Virus record (IMG/VR): IMGVR_UViG_3300034116_000748
Location: 1-41,194 of that record
Source of the DNA: a virus
Taxonomy: Duplodnaviria; Caudoviricetes
DNA length: 41,194 nt
Strand: one strand, 5' to 3'
Below, piece by piece: positions 1 through 7,330 of this stretch. The notes below the pieces were generated by a model that did not search any database, was not told the DNA's origin, and saw nothing but the letters and a program-made list of their open reading frames with translations. Position numbers and translations under genes: made by a program. The first letter of the stretch is position 1. Every line of letters begins with the position of its first letter.

Positions 1-4
1 CGGT

Positions 5-130
5 GGGCGCGGATGGATGCGCAGGAAAGCGCAGCCCTCGCATGTCTGGCGGGTGACGAGCTGGGCGGCTTGGGAAGCAGCCTGCTTCACGTCGTGGGTT
101 TGGTTGCGGCGCGTGGTCATTCTGCCCAGC
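5..130. repeat. Terminal direct repeat, copy 1 (circular assembly overlap)
   Basis: Bases 5-130 are identical to 41069-41194 (126 bp). Bases 1-4 (cggt) differ from 41065-41068 (catc). Confidence 0.95.
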
Positions 131-680
131 TTTCACAAGACCAGACTTCGCTTTGACGCTGAATGTCGGTCGGCCAGTCTTTTTCGACTGTGAAGGATCG
201 TTCGATGAAAAGGGCGCGATTGGTTGGTTGCGCCGTGTAACGTCCGTTGCGGAGCGCGAAGAACTTGAACTCTTTTGACTGCGCAGGCTCGGCTGAAAAC
301 CCATCGTTGAGCGGGCAAGCGGTGAACAGGTACTCGCCTATGTGCTCATCGTCGGCGCACCTCACACGCGCTTCTAAGCCTTTGAGGTACGTGTAGCTAA
401 CGAGGCTAAACTGGTCGCCGTAGCAGTCCCACTGCTGCGCCGCTTCCCAATGCCAGTATTCAGCCTCTGGCGTTGCACTGAGAGCGTGAAGCGGGAGGTC
501 ACGCACCACAGCGCCGCACTCCAATAAAACGTGACAGCCCCATGCGCGGCCGGGGTAAGCGCGAAGGCCAAACCACACCGCGGGCTCTGTGCCGGTCTGC
601 TCGCCAGTGCGGACAAAGCTGCGCTCTACGTGGCAGTAGATGTGTTGAGGGAGGCTTCCAGATCCGGTGCAGAGGGTCAT
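117..680 (-). CDS. Conserved hypothetical phage protein
   Basis: 187 aa, ATGA-coupled on both sides. Motifs HIYCxV, GAVxxxLPxxA, QxWDC, GEYLFT and NGxxxAQPxNR recall a widespread uncharacterised family from aquatic phages. Confidence 0.75.
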   Translation of the reverse strand: MTLCTGSGSLPQHIYCHVERSFVRTGEQTGTEPAVWFGLRAYPGRAWGCHVLLECGAVVRDLPLHALSATPEAEYWHWEAAQQWDCYGDQFSLVSYTYLKGLEARVRCADDEHIGEYLFTACPLNDGFSAEPAQSKEFKFFALRNGRYTAQPTNRALFIERSFTVEKDWPTDIQRQSEVWSCESWAE

Positions 681-1105
681 GCCAGGAATTCCTTCAGGAA
701 CACCTCGACCTCACCGACGCTGCGGCAGACCTTGAATGGCTGCTTTGCCGCGATGGCCCAGCTCATGAAATCCTTCTGAGACACGGTCAGGACGCCCGCA
801 AAAGCTTTCAACTCGATCCAGATCGGCGAGCCGTTCGGCCGCAGAATGCACACGTCAGGCACGCCGGGCTTGACGCCTTGGGCCTTGAGCTTGGCTGCGA
901 CGGACTTCAGGCGGTGTGAGCCATTGGGCGTGTGGTGCCAGCGCCAATCCTTCGGCAGCTTGGCGTTGAGGTATTGGGCGACCTGAACTTGGATCTGTTC
1001 TTCGGTAAGGTAGGTTGCCAGCTTGGCGGCGCAGATGCGCTCTTGAGACTTGCCGGCTGGCCTGTCTTCCAGTTTCAAAGCGTGGCGTGCGTTGTGACGG
1101 CTCAT
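677..1105 (-). CDS. VRR-NUC domain nuclease (Holliday junction resolvase-like)
   Basis: TEEQIQ...HHTPNG...KLKAQGVKPGVPD...WIELK...LTVSQKDF...VCRS matches the VRR-NUC PD-(D/E)xK pattern. Confidence 0.88.
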   Translation of the reverse strand: MSRHNARHALKLEDRPAGKSQERICAAKLATYLTEEQIQVQVAQYLNAKLPKDWRWHHTPNGSHRLKSVAAKLKAQGVKPGVPDVCILRPNGSPIWIELKAFAGVLTVSQKDFMSWAIAAKQPFKVCRSVGEVEVFLKEFLA

Positions 1106-1521
1106 GCTGCGAACCGCTTGATCTGCGCATCTGCCCGGAACGTGCGCGCCCTGCGACCATTGGCGGAGTACACAGGGTCAGGCTCCAGCCCGAACTTCTG
1201 GCACGCAAAAAGCACGCTGGAATGGTGCATTCCGCCGAACTGCCTGCCGATGCTTTCGTAGCTCATGCGGACCCGGAAATGCTTGTAGCAGATGGCCATT
1301 GCGATCTGTCGGCGGTGCGAGATGTGCCACTTGCGGGAGCGGATCAGCAGCGCGCCAGGCTCAAGCTGGAAATGCGCTTCGACGTGTCTGCGGATCTCAG
1401 CGCAACGATACATTCCAGCCGTTTCGGCTGCGAGGCGATCGAAGTCGGATCGCTCTTCGGTTGTCTCGGATATTGCCTGCCCGTCCCACATAATCAGCTC
1501 CCATGCCCTTTGTGCCAGCAT
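1102..1521 (-). CDS. DnaA C-terminal-like helix-turn-helix protein
   Basis: LLIRSRKWHISHRRQIAMAIC...MSYESIGRQFGGMHHSSVLFA is the Bac_DnaA_C signature (RQxAM...SxxxIGxxFGGRDHSTV). Confidence 0.85.
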   Translation of the reverse strand: MLAQRAWELIMWDGQAISETTEERSDFDRLAAETAGMYRCAEIRRHVEAHFQLEPGALLIRSRKWHISHRRQIAMAICYKHFRVRMSYESIGRQFGGMHHSSVLFACQKFGLEPDPVYSANGRRARTFRADAQIKRFAA

Positions 1522-1627
1522 CCGTTGCGGCGTTCAATTGTTAATTAAGAGGCGTGTTACGTTGTGCCTGTTTCTGAAACGTGGCATGGATTGTATTACC
1601 TTGCAACACAAAACGGATGGCCCGTGA
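1522..1627. promoter_or_regulatory. Divergent AT-rich control region with CtrA-like box
   Basis: Intergenic between divergent genes. TCAA-ttgttaa-TTAA at 1534-1548 is a 7/8 match to TTAA-N7-TTAA. Confidence 0.5.
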
Positions 1628-1780
1628 ATGGCGAAGAAATCGGCTTACATCAGCTTGCGGATTGACCCCGCCACGCTCGATGTGTTTCGCGCCATCGCCA
1701 AACGTGAGGACCGGACGTTGTCCAGCGTGGTCACGAAGGTTCTGGCGGATTACGCTAAGCGCAAACGGGCTAAGAATTAG
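1628..1780 (+). CDS. Ribbon-helix-helix (Arc/CopG-like) regulator, 50 aa, not in ORF track
   Basis: Translated by hand: MAKKSAYISLRIDPATLDVFRAIAKREDRTLSSVVTKVLADYAKRKRAKN. It shows an alternating beta strand (ISLRID), a helix, an 'EDRTLS' turn and a second helix. Confidence 0.8.
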   Translation: MAKKSAYISLRIDPATLDVFRAIAKREDRTLSSVVTKVLADYAKRKRAKN

Positions 1781-2427
1781 TTAGCCGAAAGCCGTTCGAT
1801 CCCCGCAACAAGCTCATCGCGCAGCCTGTCGGTTTTCTCGCAAGCCGTCTCCGGAAAGCGCAACAGCATACGGTTCAGCGCGGCCAGCTCGTTGCGTAGC
1901 TGCTCAAGCGTCGGCGCTTCGTTGACCGCCTCAGGCTTGCCCTGAAGCATTTCCGCCAGCCTGTCGCGGATCATCAGGCGCGGTTCTGTGAACTCGTCCA
2001 ACAAGTCGGCAAGCTCGCCCCATGTCGGGAACCATGTGCCGCGATAGTTGCTCAGGACGTGGCGCACGGCATCGCCTGGATATGCCCGCAGGTGATCGGT
2101 GTAAACGCTCAGGGCCAGATCGTCTCCGTTAGCCGTATCCTTGCGCCGCGCGGTCTTGACGCTCAGGCGGGCAAGCCATTCCTCGATGGCTTCGATGGGC
2201 GCCGGCCGCAGGCTTTCGTTCGCAACGGCCAGAGCTGCGGGCAGGTCATTTGACGAGCCTAAGCTGACCCTCAATGACGTCGCCCTCTGCCGGAACGTCG
2301 TGTCGCCCTCGGTCGTCGGGAACACCGTTTCCGTTTTGACGTGCGAGGTGACGCCGAATTGCTGCATCCGCGATAGAGCTGCTTCCGTGTTGGCCGCTGG
2401 CGCGCGGGCCATGACTGCCGGATGCAT
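1777..2427 (-). CDS. Replication accessory protein (helicase loader / lambda P-position)
   Basis: Directly downstream of the initiator, with the YxxxLxxYPxDAV...WFPTxxEL motif typical of phage loader-like proteins. The start is uncertain (ATG 2427 chosen) and overlaps the initiator 3' end. Confidence 0.65.
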   Translation of the reverse strand: MHPAVMARAPAANTEAALSRMQQFGVTSHVKTETVFPTTEGDTTFRQRATSLRVSLGSSNDLPAALAVANESLRPAPIEAIEEWLARLSVKTARRKDTANGDDLALSVYTDHLRAYPGDAVRHVLSNYRGTWFPTWGELADLLDEFTEPRLMIRDRLAEMLQGKPEAVNEAPTLEQLRNELAALNRMLLRFPETACEKTDRLRDELVAGIERLSAN

Positions 2428-3124
2428 TTCGCGGCTTGCGCCACTTGATGTAATTTCTGATCCAGTTCCGCCATGCGGCCCGCCAGTTTGCGTGCCTGAC
2501 CGATTTGCTATGGCTGTGGTCGCGGAAGCCATCGGCTTCATTTTCGATCTCCTCGTAGGTGATTGGCTGCTTGGCTTTGACGGCAACGGCTAGGGCGTCT
2601 TCCACCCAATCTCTGGGCAAGGTCCAATCCTCGCCCAGCGCGGTTTTCAAAGCCGTCTTTTTGGAAGAAGCTTTAGCTTCTTCTTTTTCTTCTATTGTAC
2701 TCTGTACTAATGTGGGGGTACGGGGCGGCAACGCAGCTACTAACGGGGCGGGAACGCTTGTTGGATTGCTGGCGAATGATTTCAGTGACTTAGCCTTTAC
2801 AGAGGCCTTTCCAGCGGTGCTGCGCTGCTCAGAGATAGCGGTCGCCTTTCTGTACTCCTGAGCCAACCTTTCGTTGGTCAGGCGCCCCTCGGAATGAGGT
2901 ATGAATTTGGACCCGATTGACGCCCAGACCTTCGCCCAGCGGCGGGGGCTGACGCGCGCCACGCGGGCTAGGTATCCGGGTCGGTCGGGAAGCGATCCTT
3001 CGCTGCGCCACATCTCCATCAGAAGCAGCAGGTAGGCGCCGTGTTCCTCTGCATCAAAAGCCGTAGTCCCTCCTGCGTAGGCATCCAGGCTGATCGGCAT
3101 GAATGGAAGGCTCATAGCGGCCAC
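2246..3124 (-). CDS. Replication initiator, DUF1376/YdaU family (lambda O-like)
   Basis: LPFMP...YAGGTTAFDAEEHGAYLLLLMEMW...GSLPD...RLTNERL (DUF1376). C-terminal LPxDW...FRDH...NWRAAWRNWIRN is a DnaT-like motif. Confidence 0.88.
   Translation of the reverse strand: MAAMSLPFMPISLDAYAGGTTAFDAEEHGAYLLLLMEMWRSEGSLPDRPGYLARVARVSPRRWAKVWASIGSKFIPHSEGRLTNERLAQEYRKATAISEQRSTAGKASVKAKSLKSFASNPTSVPAPLVAALPPRTPTLVQSTIEEKEEAKASSKKTALKTALGEDWTLPRDWVEDALAVAVKAKQPITYEEIENEADGFRDHSHSKSVRHANWRAAWRNWIRNYIKWRKPRNASGSHGPRASGQHGSSSIADAAIRRHLARQNGNGVPDDRGRHDVPAEGDVIEGQLRLVK
2657..2760. other. Putative replication origin inside initiator gene
   Basis: AT-rich tract with a perfect inverted repeat GAAGAAGCT-tt-AGCTTCTTC (2664-2683) in the initiator linker, the position of lambda ori within O. 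Confidence 0.45.
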
Positions 3125-3363
3125 CCTGTCAGCGGATCGTGCGTCATGTGAAAGCTCTCGACAGGGCGAGCGGCGCGGCGCTTGTCAGCTATCCATTGCC
3201 ATGCATCGCCAGCGGCAATGTCGGGGATGCCAGACAGCTCCCTGACCATCTGGAATATGGAAACGCCTCGGTATTCCACGCCCTTCTCAATGCAAAGCAG
3301 GCGCGCAAACTCGCGCAATTCCTGTTCGTTGCCGCCATATCGTTTTCTGAATGTTTTACCCAC
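3112..3363 (-). CDS. Hypothetical protein
   Basis: ORF coupled to the initiator. GTG at 3363 follows a GAGGTG ribosome-binding site. Confidence 0.6.
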   Translation of the reverse strand: MGKTFRKRYGGNEQELREFARLLCIEKGVEYRGVSIFQMVRELSGIPDIAAGDAWQWIADKRRAARPVESFHMTHDPLTGWPL

Positions 3364-3419
3364 GCCTTCACCTCGCAAAAAGGGCTTGGCGTGTTATGCG
3401 AGCGTGCTAAGTTACACTC

Positions 3420-3486
3420 GACATTGACGCTTCACCCGTCAGTGGTCGGATTTGACGGCGCGTTCTTTGCGGGGCGCGCCGTTTTC
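3420..3486 (+). ncRNA. Putative OOP-like antisense small RNA
   Basis: Promoter-like TTGGCG(3386)-16 nt-TAAGTT(3408), followed by a GC stem-loop plus TTTT at 3455-3485, in an intergenic gap antisense to the early operon. Confidence 0.55.
3455..3485 (+). terminator. Intrinsic terminator of putative sRNA
   Basis: Stem ACGGCGCGTTC / GGGCGCGCCGT with G-U pairs, followed by a short T run. Confidence 0.6.
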
Positions 3487-3555
3487 CGTTCCGTCACAAT
3501 CAACCCATTCTGAGCCTCTTGCAAGCCAGAAACGCCCGGAATTGACGAATTGCCA

Positions 3556-3774
3556 TCAGGCTTTCGGCTTTGCCTTTTGCGGCTTAGGAACAGATCGCGC
3601 TTCCGTGCGCTTCCCGGCTTGGAGCTTGGCGTCGGGAAGATCCAGGCTGAGAACGGTTCGAGCGTGGCGGCAGGTTTCCATGTTCCAGCCAATTGCGGCG
3701 CTGAAATCGTTCAGGGTCTTGCACTTGGCGGCAATGGCGCGGAGTTCATCGGCGCGCTCAATCAGCTCGCTCAT
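3556..3774 (-). CDS. Hypothetical small protein (possible HTH, cII position)
   Basis: 72 aa, ATGA-coupled to cro. TLNDFSAAIGWNMETCRH looks HTH-like. Confidence 0.6.
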   Translation of the reverse strand: MSELIERADELRAIAAKCKTLNDFSAAIGWNMETCRHARTVLSLDLPDAKLQAGKRTEARSVPKPQKAKPKA

Positions 3775-3980
3775 GCGCTGATCTTGCGCTTCGGCCGCAT
3801 AAAAATGTCAGGCCGCATGTCATAAGCCGGAACGCCTGTCGCATCCGACACCTTGGCAACCCATTTGGCGGGAACCGTCCTACGCTGCCTCCACACATAA
3901 ATCATGTCCGGTGTTGTGCCGATGGCTTCCGCCAACTGCTGCGGATTGCCTAATGCGCGGTGAAATGTCTTCTCATCCAT
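3771..3980 (-). CDS. cro: Cro-like regulator (YdaS/Cro family)
   Basis: LGNPQQLAEAIGTT...YVWRQRRTVPAKW...ATGVPAYDMRPDIF carries the hallmark C-terminal (L/M)RPD(I/L)F. Confidence 0.85.
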   Translation of the reverse strand: MDEKTFHRALGNPQQLAEAIGTTPDMIYVWRQRRTVPAKWVAKVSDATGVPAYDMRPDIFMRPKRKISA

Positions 3981-4080
3981 GCGGTGACGTCTGGCACAAG
4001 ACAGGGCGCATGTCTAGCGCAAAGATAGCTTGCGCAATGATAGATGGCGTGGCATAGGATGGGCACAGAAGGAGCCAGCC
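3981..4080. promoter_or_regulatory. Divergent early promoter region
   Basis: Back-to-back TTGCGC hexamers (inverted, 4017-4022 and 4030-4035). Motif CTTGCGCAATGATAGAT (4029-4045) is shared with 6696-6712. AAGGAG RBS precedes 4081. Confidence 0.6.
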
Positions 4081-4812
4081 ATGACAGATACGATTGCCCT
4101 ACCCGCAGTTTACCAAGCAATTGCCGCCGTGATGCAGGACGTGGGGAGGGAGGGCATTGCGAAGGGGCGGCGCAATCAACAGCAAGGCTACGCCTTCCGT
4201 GGCATTGATGACGTCTACAACGCTTTGGCCCCTTTGCTTGCGCGGCATCACCTGATCATCGTTCCCCGAGTCCTGACGCGCGAGAAGACGGAACAGACCA
4301 CACAGAAAGGCGGCATCCTGTTCTATGTCGTCGTGCAAGTCGAGTTTGACATTGTGTGCGCTTCCGATGGGTCAAAGATTACCGCCTGCACTTGGGGCGA
4401 AGCGATGGACAGCGCCGACAAGGCCACCAACAAGGCCATGAGCGCGGCCTACAAATACATGGCGATGCAGACGTTCTGCATCCCGACCGAAGGCGACAAC
4501 GACGCCGACGCGTCACACCACGAAATCCGCAGGGATGCGGCTTCCTCGCATATCCCAGCGCCAGCGCCGGTCCAAACCATGAGCAAGGGCGATGCGCGGG
4601 GCGACTATGGCGTGATGGTCGAGGAAATGCGCCGCATCACATCAAGCCAGGAACTTAAGGAATGGGGCAAAATGAACGCTGAGCGCGTCAAGCTCCAGCC
4701 GAAAGACTGGCAGGCCGAGATCCGCAAGTCCTACACGGAACTGATGGAAGGACTTCAACACAACGAGCGCACAAGCGCTGAAGCAGAAGAGGCGTTTGCA
4801 GATGCAAGGTAA
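4081..4812 (+). CDS. erf: ERF-family single-strand annealing protein
   Basis: GIAKxxxNQQQGYAFRGIDDVYNAL...GEAMDSADKATNKAMSAAYKY...FCIPTEGDNDAD is the ERF superfamily signature. Confidence 0.9.
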   Translation: MTDTIALPAVYQAIAAVMQDVGREGIAKGRRNQQQGYAFRGIDDVYNALAPLLARHHLIIVPRVLTREKTEQTTQKGGILFYVVVQVEFDIVCASDGSKITACTWGEAMDSADKATNKAMSAAYKYMAMQTFCIPTEGDNDADASHHEIRRDAASSHIPAPAPVQTMSKGDARGDYGVMVEEMRRITSSQELKEWGKMNAERVKLQPKDWQAEIRKSYTELMEGLQHNERTSAEAEEAFADAR

Positions 4813-5509
4813 TATCGGACACAACAAAGCTGACGACGTCGAAGCCTATCGGGAGATGTTGGCGCGTTTCAAAGCCGACGCCGACACCGTCACCGAGATC
4901 AACGAAAGCAATGCGCAATTCGTCAGAGATCATGTCGGGTACGGCGGCAAGTTGGCGAAGGAGATCGACGCCACGCGCGACGACAAGAAGCGGCCGCATT
5001 TAGAGGCTGGCCGGCAGATCGATGGCGCATACAAGCCGCTGATCGAAGAATGCGACAAGATCATCAAGGGCCTGAAACAGAAGCTCGCCGCATTCTTGGA
5101 CGCCCGCGAACGCGAGGCCAAGCGCATTGCGGAGGAAGCTCGGCGCAAGCTGGAGGAAGCCGAACGCCTTGCCGCCAAGGCTGTAGAAGAACCGGAGGAA
5201 GACCCGTTCCTTGCCGCCACCGCGCCGACCGTGGATGTGAAAGCTGCGCACGTCGAGGCGAAGATTGCCGAAGGCCAGGCGCTTGCCGCCTCTCGCGTAT
5301 CCTCTGCCGCTGGCGGGTTCGCTGCAACGTCGCTAAAGACGAAGCGCAGCGCCAAGGTCACGCACTATGCCACGCTGATAGCGCACTACGCCGGGCGCAA
5401 CGAAATGAAAGAGTTGGCGCTCAAGCTGGCGAACGCGGACATCAGGCACGCCAAAGGCGACGCCATTGAGATCCCCGGCGTTGAGATTGTCGAGGAACGG
5501 GTTCTCTGA
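4802..5509 (+). CDS. Coiled-coil phage protein of recombination module
   Basis: N-terminal IGHN, KRPHLEAGRQIDGAYK, C-terminal IPGVEIVEE. This type often sits next to phage SSAP genes. Confidence 0.7.
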   Translation: MQGNIGHNKADDVEAYREMLARFKADADTVTEINESNAQFVRDHVGYGGKLAKEIDATRDDKKRPHLEAGRQIDGAYKPLIEECDKIIKGLKQKLAAFLDAREREAKRIAEEARRKLEEAERLAAKAVEEPEEDPFLAATAPTVDVKAAHVEAKIAEGQALAASRVSSAAGGFAATSLKTKRSAKVTHYATLIAHYAGRNEMKELALKLANADIRHAKGDAIEIPGVEIVEERVL

Positions 5510-5838
5510 TGATCACAGACAAGATGCTAGAGCAGGCCCTGCGCTACCTGACGGACCCCCAGCAGGAAGCGGCAAAGGCCCGCGCAGCCTCGGAACACAT
5601 GGACGACCTGACAAAAACCGTCCTTGCAAGGCTGATGCTGGAAAGCGACGAGAAGAGCGCAGCGGCTAAGGAGATGGTTGCCCGTGCTGATGATCGATAC
5701 ACGGACCATCTTGAGCAGGTCAAAGCCTGCCGCGAGGTTGACTACATGTGGCGCAACCGCCTGTCTGCGGCCAGCGCTATCATAGACATGTGGCGGACAG
5801 AGCAGAGCAGCATACGAGCTGCGGAGAAAGTGCGGTGA
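5509..5838 (+). CDS. Hypothetical helical protein (UvsY-like recombination-module protein)
   Basis: TGATG-coupled. SAAAKEMVARADDRY...IDMWRTEQSSIR pattern. Function inferred from position only. Confidence 0.65.
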   Translation: MITDKMLEQALRYLTDPQQEAAKARAASEHMDDLTKTVLARLMLESDEKSAAAKEMVARADDRYTDHLEQVKACREVDYMWRNRLSAASAIIDMWRTEQSSIRAAEKVR

Positions 5839-6212
5839 CGGCTGACCTTCCCAAGCCAGAGCGGCGCCGCAGCTTCACAGCTAAGCAGCGGAACATGATT
5901 GCCAACCGCCAGGAATGGCGCTGCAACGTCTGCAAGTGCGATCTGTTCGGGATAGCTTTCGACATTGACCACATCCAGCGCCTCGATGCCCTTGGCAAGC
6001 ACGAGCCCGACAACTGGCAGGCGCTTTGCGTTCCGTGTCACGCCATCAAGACGAAGGTGGACAATCGCGAGGCCAAGAAGGGCCGCAGAATAAGGGGCGA
6101 AGCTGGCCAGCGTGCAAGGCGAGATAAGCGCGGCGGGTCAATGCTCAAATCTCGCGGGTTTGATCGGACCAAGACCAAGGGCTTTGATGGGAAGGTGAGG
6201 GAACGGGGATGA
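5835..6212 (+). CDS. HNH endonuclease
   Basis: RQEWRCNVC...DIDHIQRL...NWQALCVPCHAIKT. GTGA-coupled start at 5835. Confidence 0.9.
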   Translation: MTADLPKPERRRSFTAKQRNMIANRQEWRCNVCKCDLFGIAFDIDHIQRLDALGKHEPDNWQALCVPCHAIKTKVDNREAKKGRRIRGEAGQRARRDKRGGSMLKSRGFDRTKTKGFDGKVRERG

Positions 6213-6649
6213 CGACCGCAAGAGCAGAGTGGACAAAAACAACCCTGTTACCACCGCGCCATGTCTACATGATCGAGCCCATAGATGACTGGAGCGGATG
6301 GATGGATAAAGCCGCGCTCATGTCGTCTCTGGCTTACGTGGATTTCGTCGAGCATCCCCCAGCGCTCACCATATCCGAAAAGATAAAGCACGACTTTAGG
6401 CGCAGCAAGGAAGCCCTTGGCAATTTTGAAGCGCTTGCAATGGCAGCGGCGCGCACGGTTGGATGGGAAGGCGACATTAGGGATGGGCCATACTTCTCAG
6501 CCCTGCCCCCCAAGGCATTCGACAACTACTGCTTTGTCGCTATCATGATGGCATTCAAGCAGGACAATAACGGCCAGACATTTATCGCGAGCCCGTATGA
6601 ATTGCCGTGGCTGGCGGATGACGCCCTGCGCATTGGCTACATGAAATAA
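6209..6649 (+). CDS. Hypothetical protein
   Basis: 146 aa, ATGA-coupled. WEGDIRDGPY...FKQDNNGQTFIASP. Confidence 0.75.
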   Translation: MTTARAEWTKTTLLPPRHVYMIEPIDDWSGWMDKAALMSSLAYVDFVEHPPALTISEKIKHDFRRSKEALGNFEALAMAAARTVGWEGDIRDGPYFSALPPKAFDNYCFVAIMMAFKQDNNGQTFIASPYELPWLADDALRIGYMK

Positions 6650-6689
6650 ACGGCAAGACAGAGCGAAAATAATTGCACGCCAGCCAGAA

Positions 6690-6747
6690 ATACACCTTGC
6701 GTTATGATAGATCGTGTGTAGTGTGGGGGCAACAAAGGAGACCACAC
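6690..6747 (+). promoter_or_regulatory. Second early promoter
   Basis: TTGCGT-16 nt-TAGTGT containing the shared motif at 6696-6712, plus an AAAGGAG RBS. Confidence 0.55.
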
Positions 6748-7002
6748 ATGGCTTGGACATCAGCCGACACTAACGCAGAACAAGCGAGCCGCGACTACCG
6801 CGACACGCGCACGCCACAGCAACGCACATGGGATGACCGCTCTGCGGCTATTCATGAAATCGTCGCCCGTATGCGCGGGCTCACCGCTGGCAAGGGCGCA
6901 GGCTGGTCACGCGATCCGGCTATTGTTGACATCATGACCGACCTGTCCCGCGATCTGGCGCGCGAGATGCACGCGTTGAATGTTGAAGGATACCGCCCGT
7001 GA
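6748..7002 (+). CDS. Hypothetical protein (84 aa)
   Basis: ATG at 6748 with a strong AAGGAG RBS. Confidence 0.7.
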   Translation: MAWTSADTNAEQASRDYRDTRTPQQRTWDDRSAAIHEIVARMRGLTAGKGAGWSRDPAIVDIMTDLSRDLAREMHALNVEGYRP

Positions 7003-7169
7003 ACGCCGCCAAGATCATTGTTGACTACGACCCCAAGCCGATCCCGATCCGCCGCTTTGACTACGTTGCCGCTCGCGATGGTTCTGACCCTGAGTGCTGC
7101 CATGTCGGATATGGCGCGACGGAAGCAGAGGCAATTGCCGATCTGCTTGAACTGGAGGACGCCGAATGA
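6999..7169 (+). CDS. Small conserved phage protein (56 aa), not in ORF track
   Basis: MNAAKIIVDYDPKPIPIRRFDYVAARDGSDPECCHVGYGATEAEAIADLLELEDAE. GTGA/ATGA-coupled with a GAAGGA RBS. Confidence 0.7.
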   Translation: MNAAKIIVDYDPKPIPIRRFDYVAARDGSDPECCHVGYGATEAEAIADLLELEDAE

Positions 7170-7330
7170 TCCGCGAAGCCCTAGCCCTCACCCGCCCCGC
7201 CTTCAATCTTGAGCGCCACCTAGCACGAAGCGCCGAGGTGTCGGCGTTCGACCTGACCAGCCATGTACGCCCGCGCCAGACCGTCAACGTGGTGCGCTCG
7301 ACGTGCAAGCTGCTGCGGAGGGTGCTGTGA
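7166..7330 (+). CDS. Hypothetical protein (54 aa), not in ORF track
   Basis: MIREALALTRPAFNLERHLARSAEVSAFDLTSHVRPRQTVNVVRSTCKLLRRVL. GGAGG RBS, coupled on both sides. Confidence 0.6.
   Translation: MIREALALTRPAFNLERHLARSAEVSAFDLTSHVRPRQTVNVVRSTCKLLRRVL

Noticed and set aside
1-130. Terminal repeat as a biological DTR or att site
   Set aside because: The 126-bp length is typical of a k-mer overlap and it falls mid-gene. The 4 discordant first bases are more likely a read-end error or strain variant.
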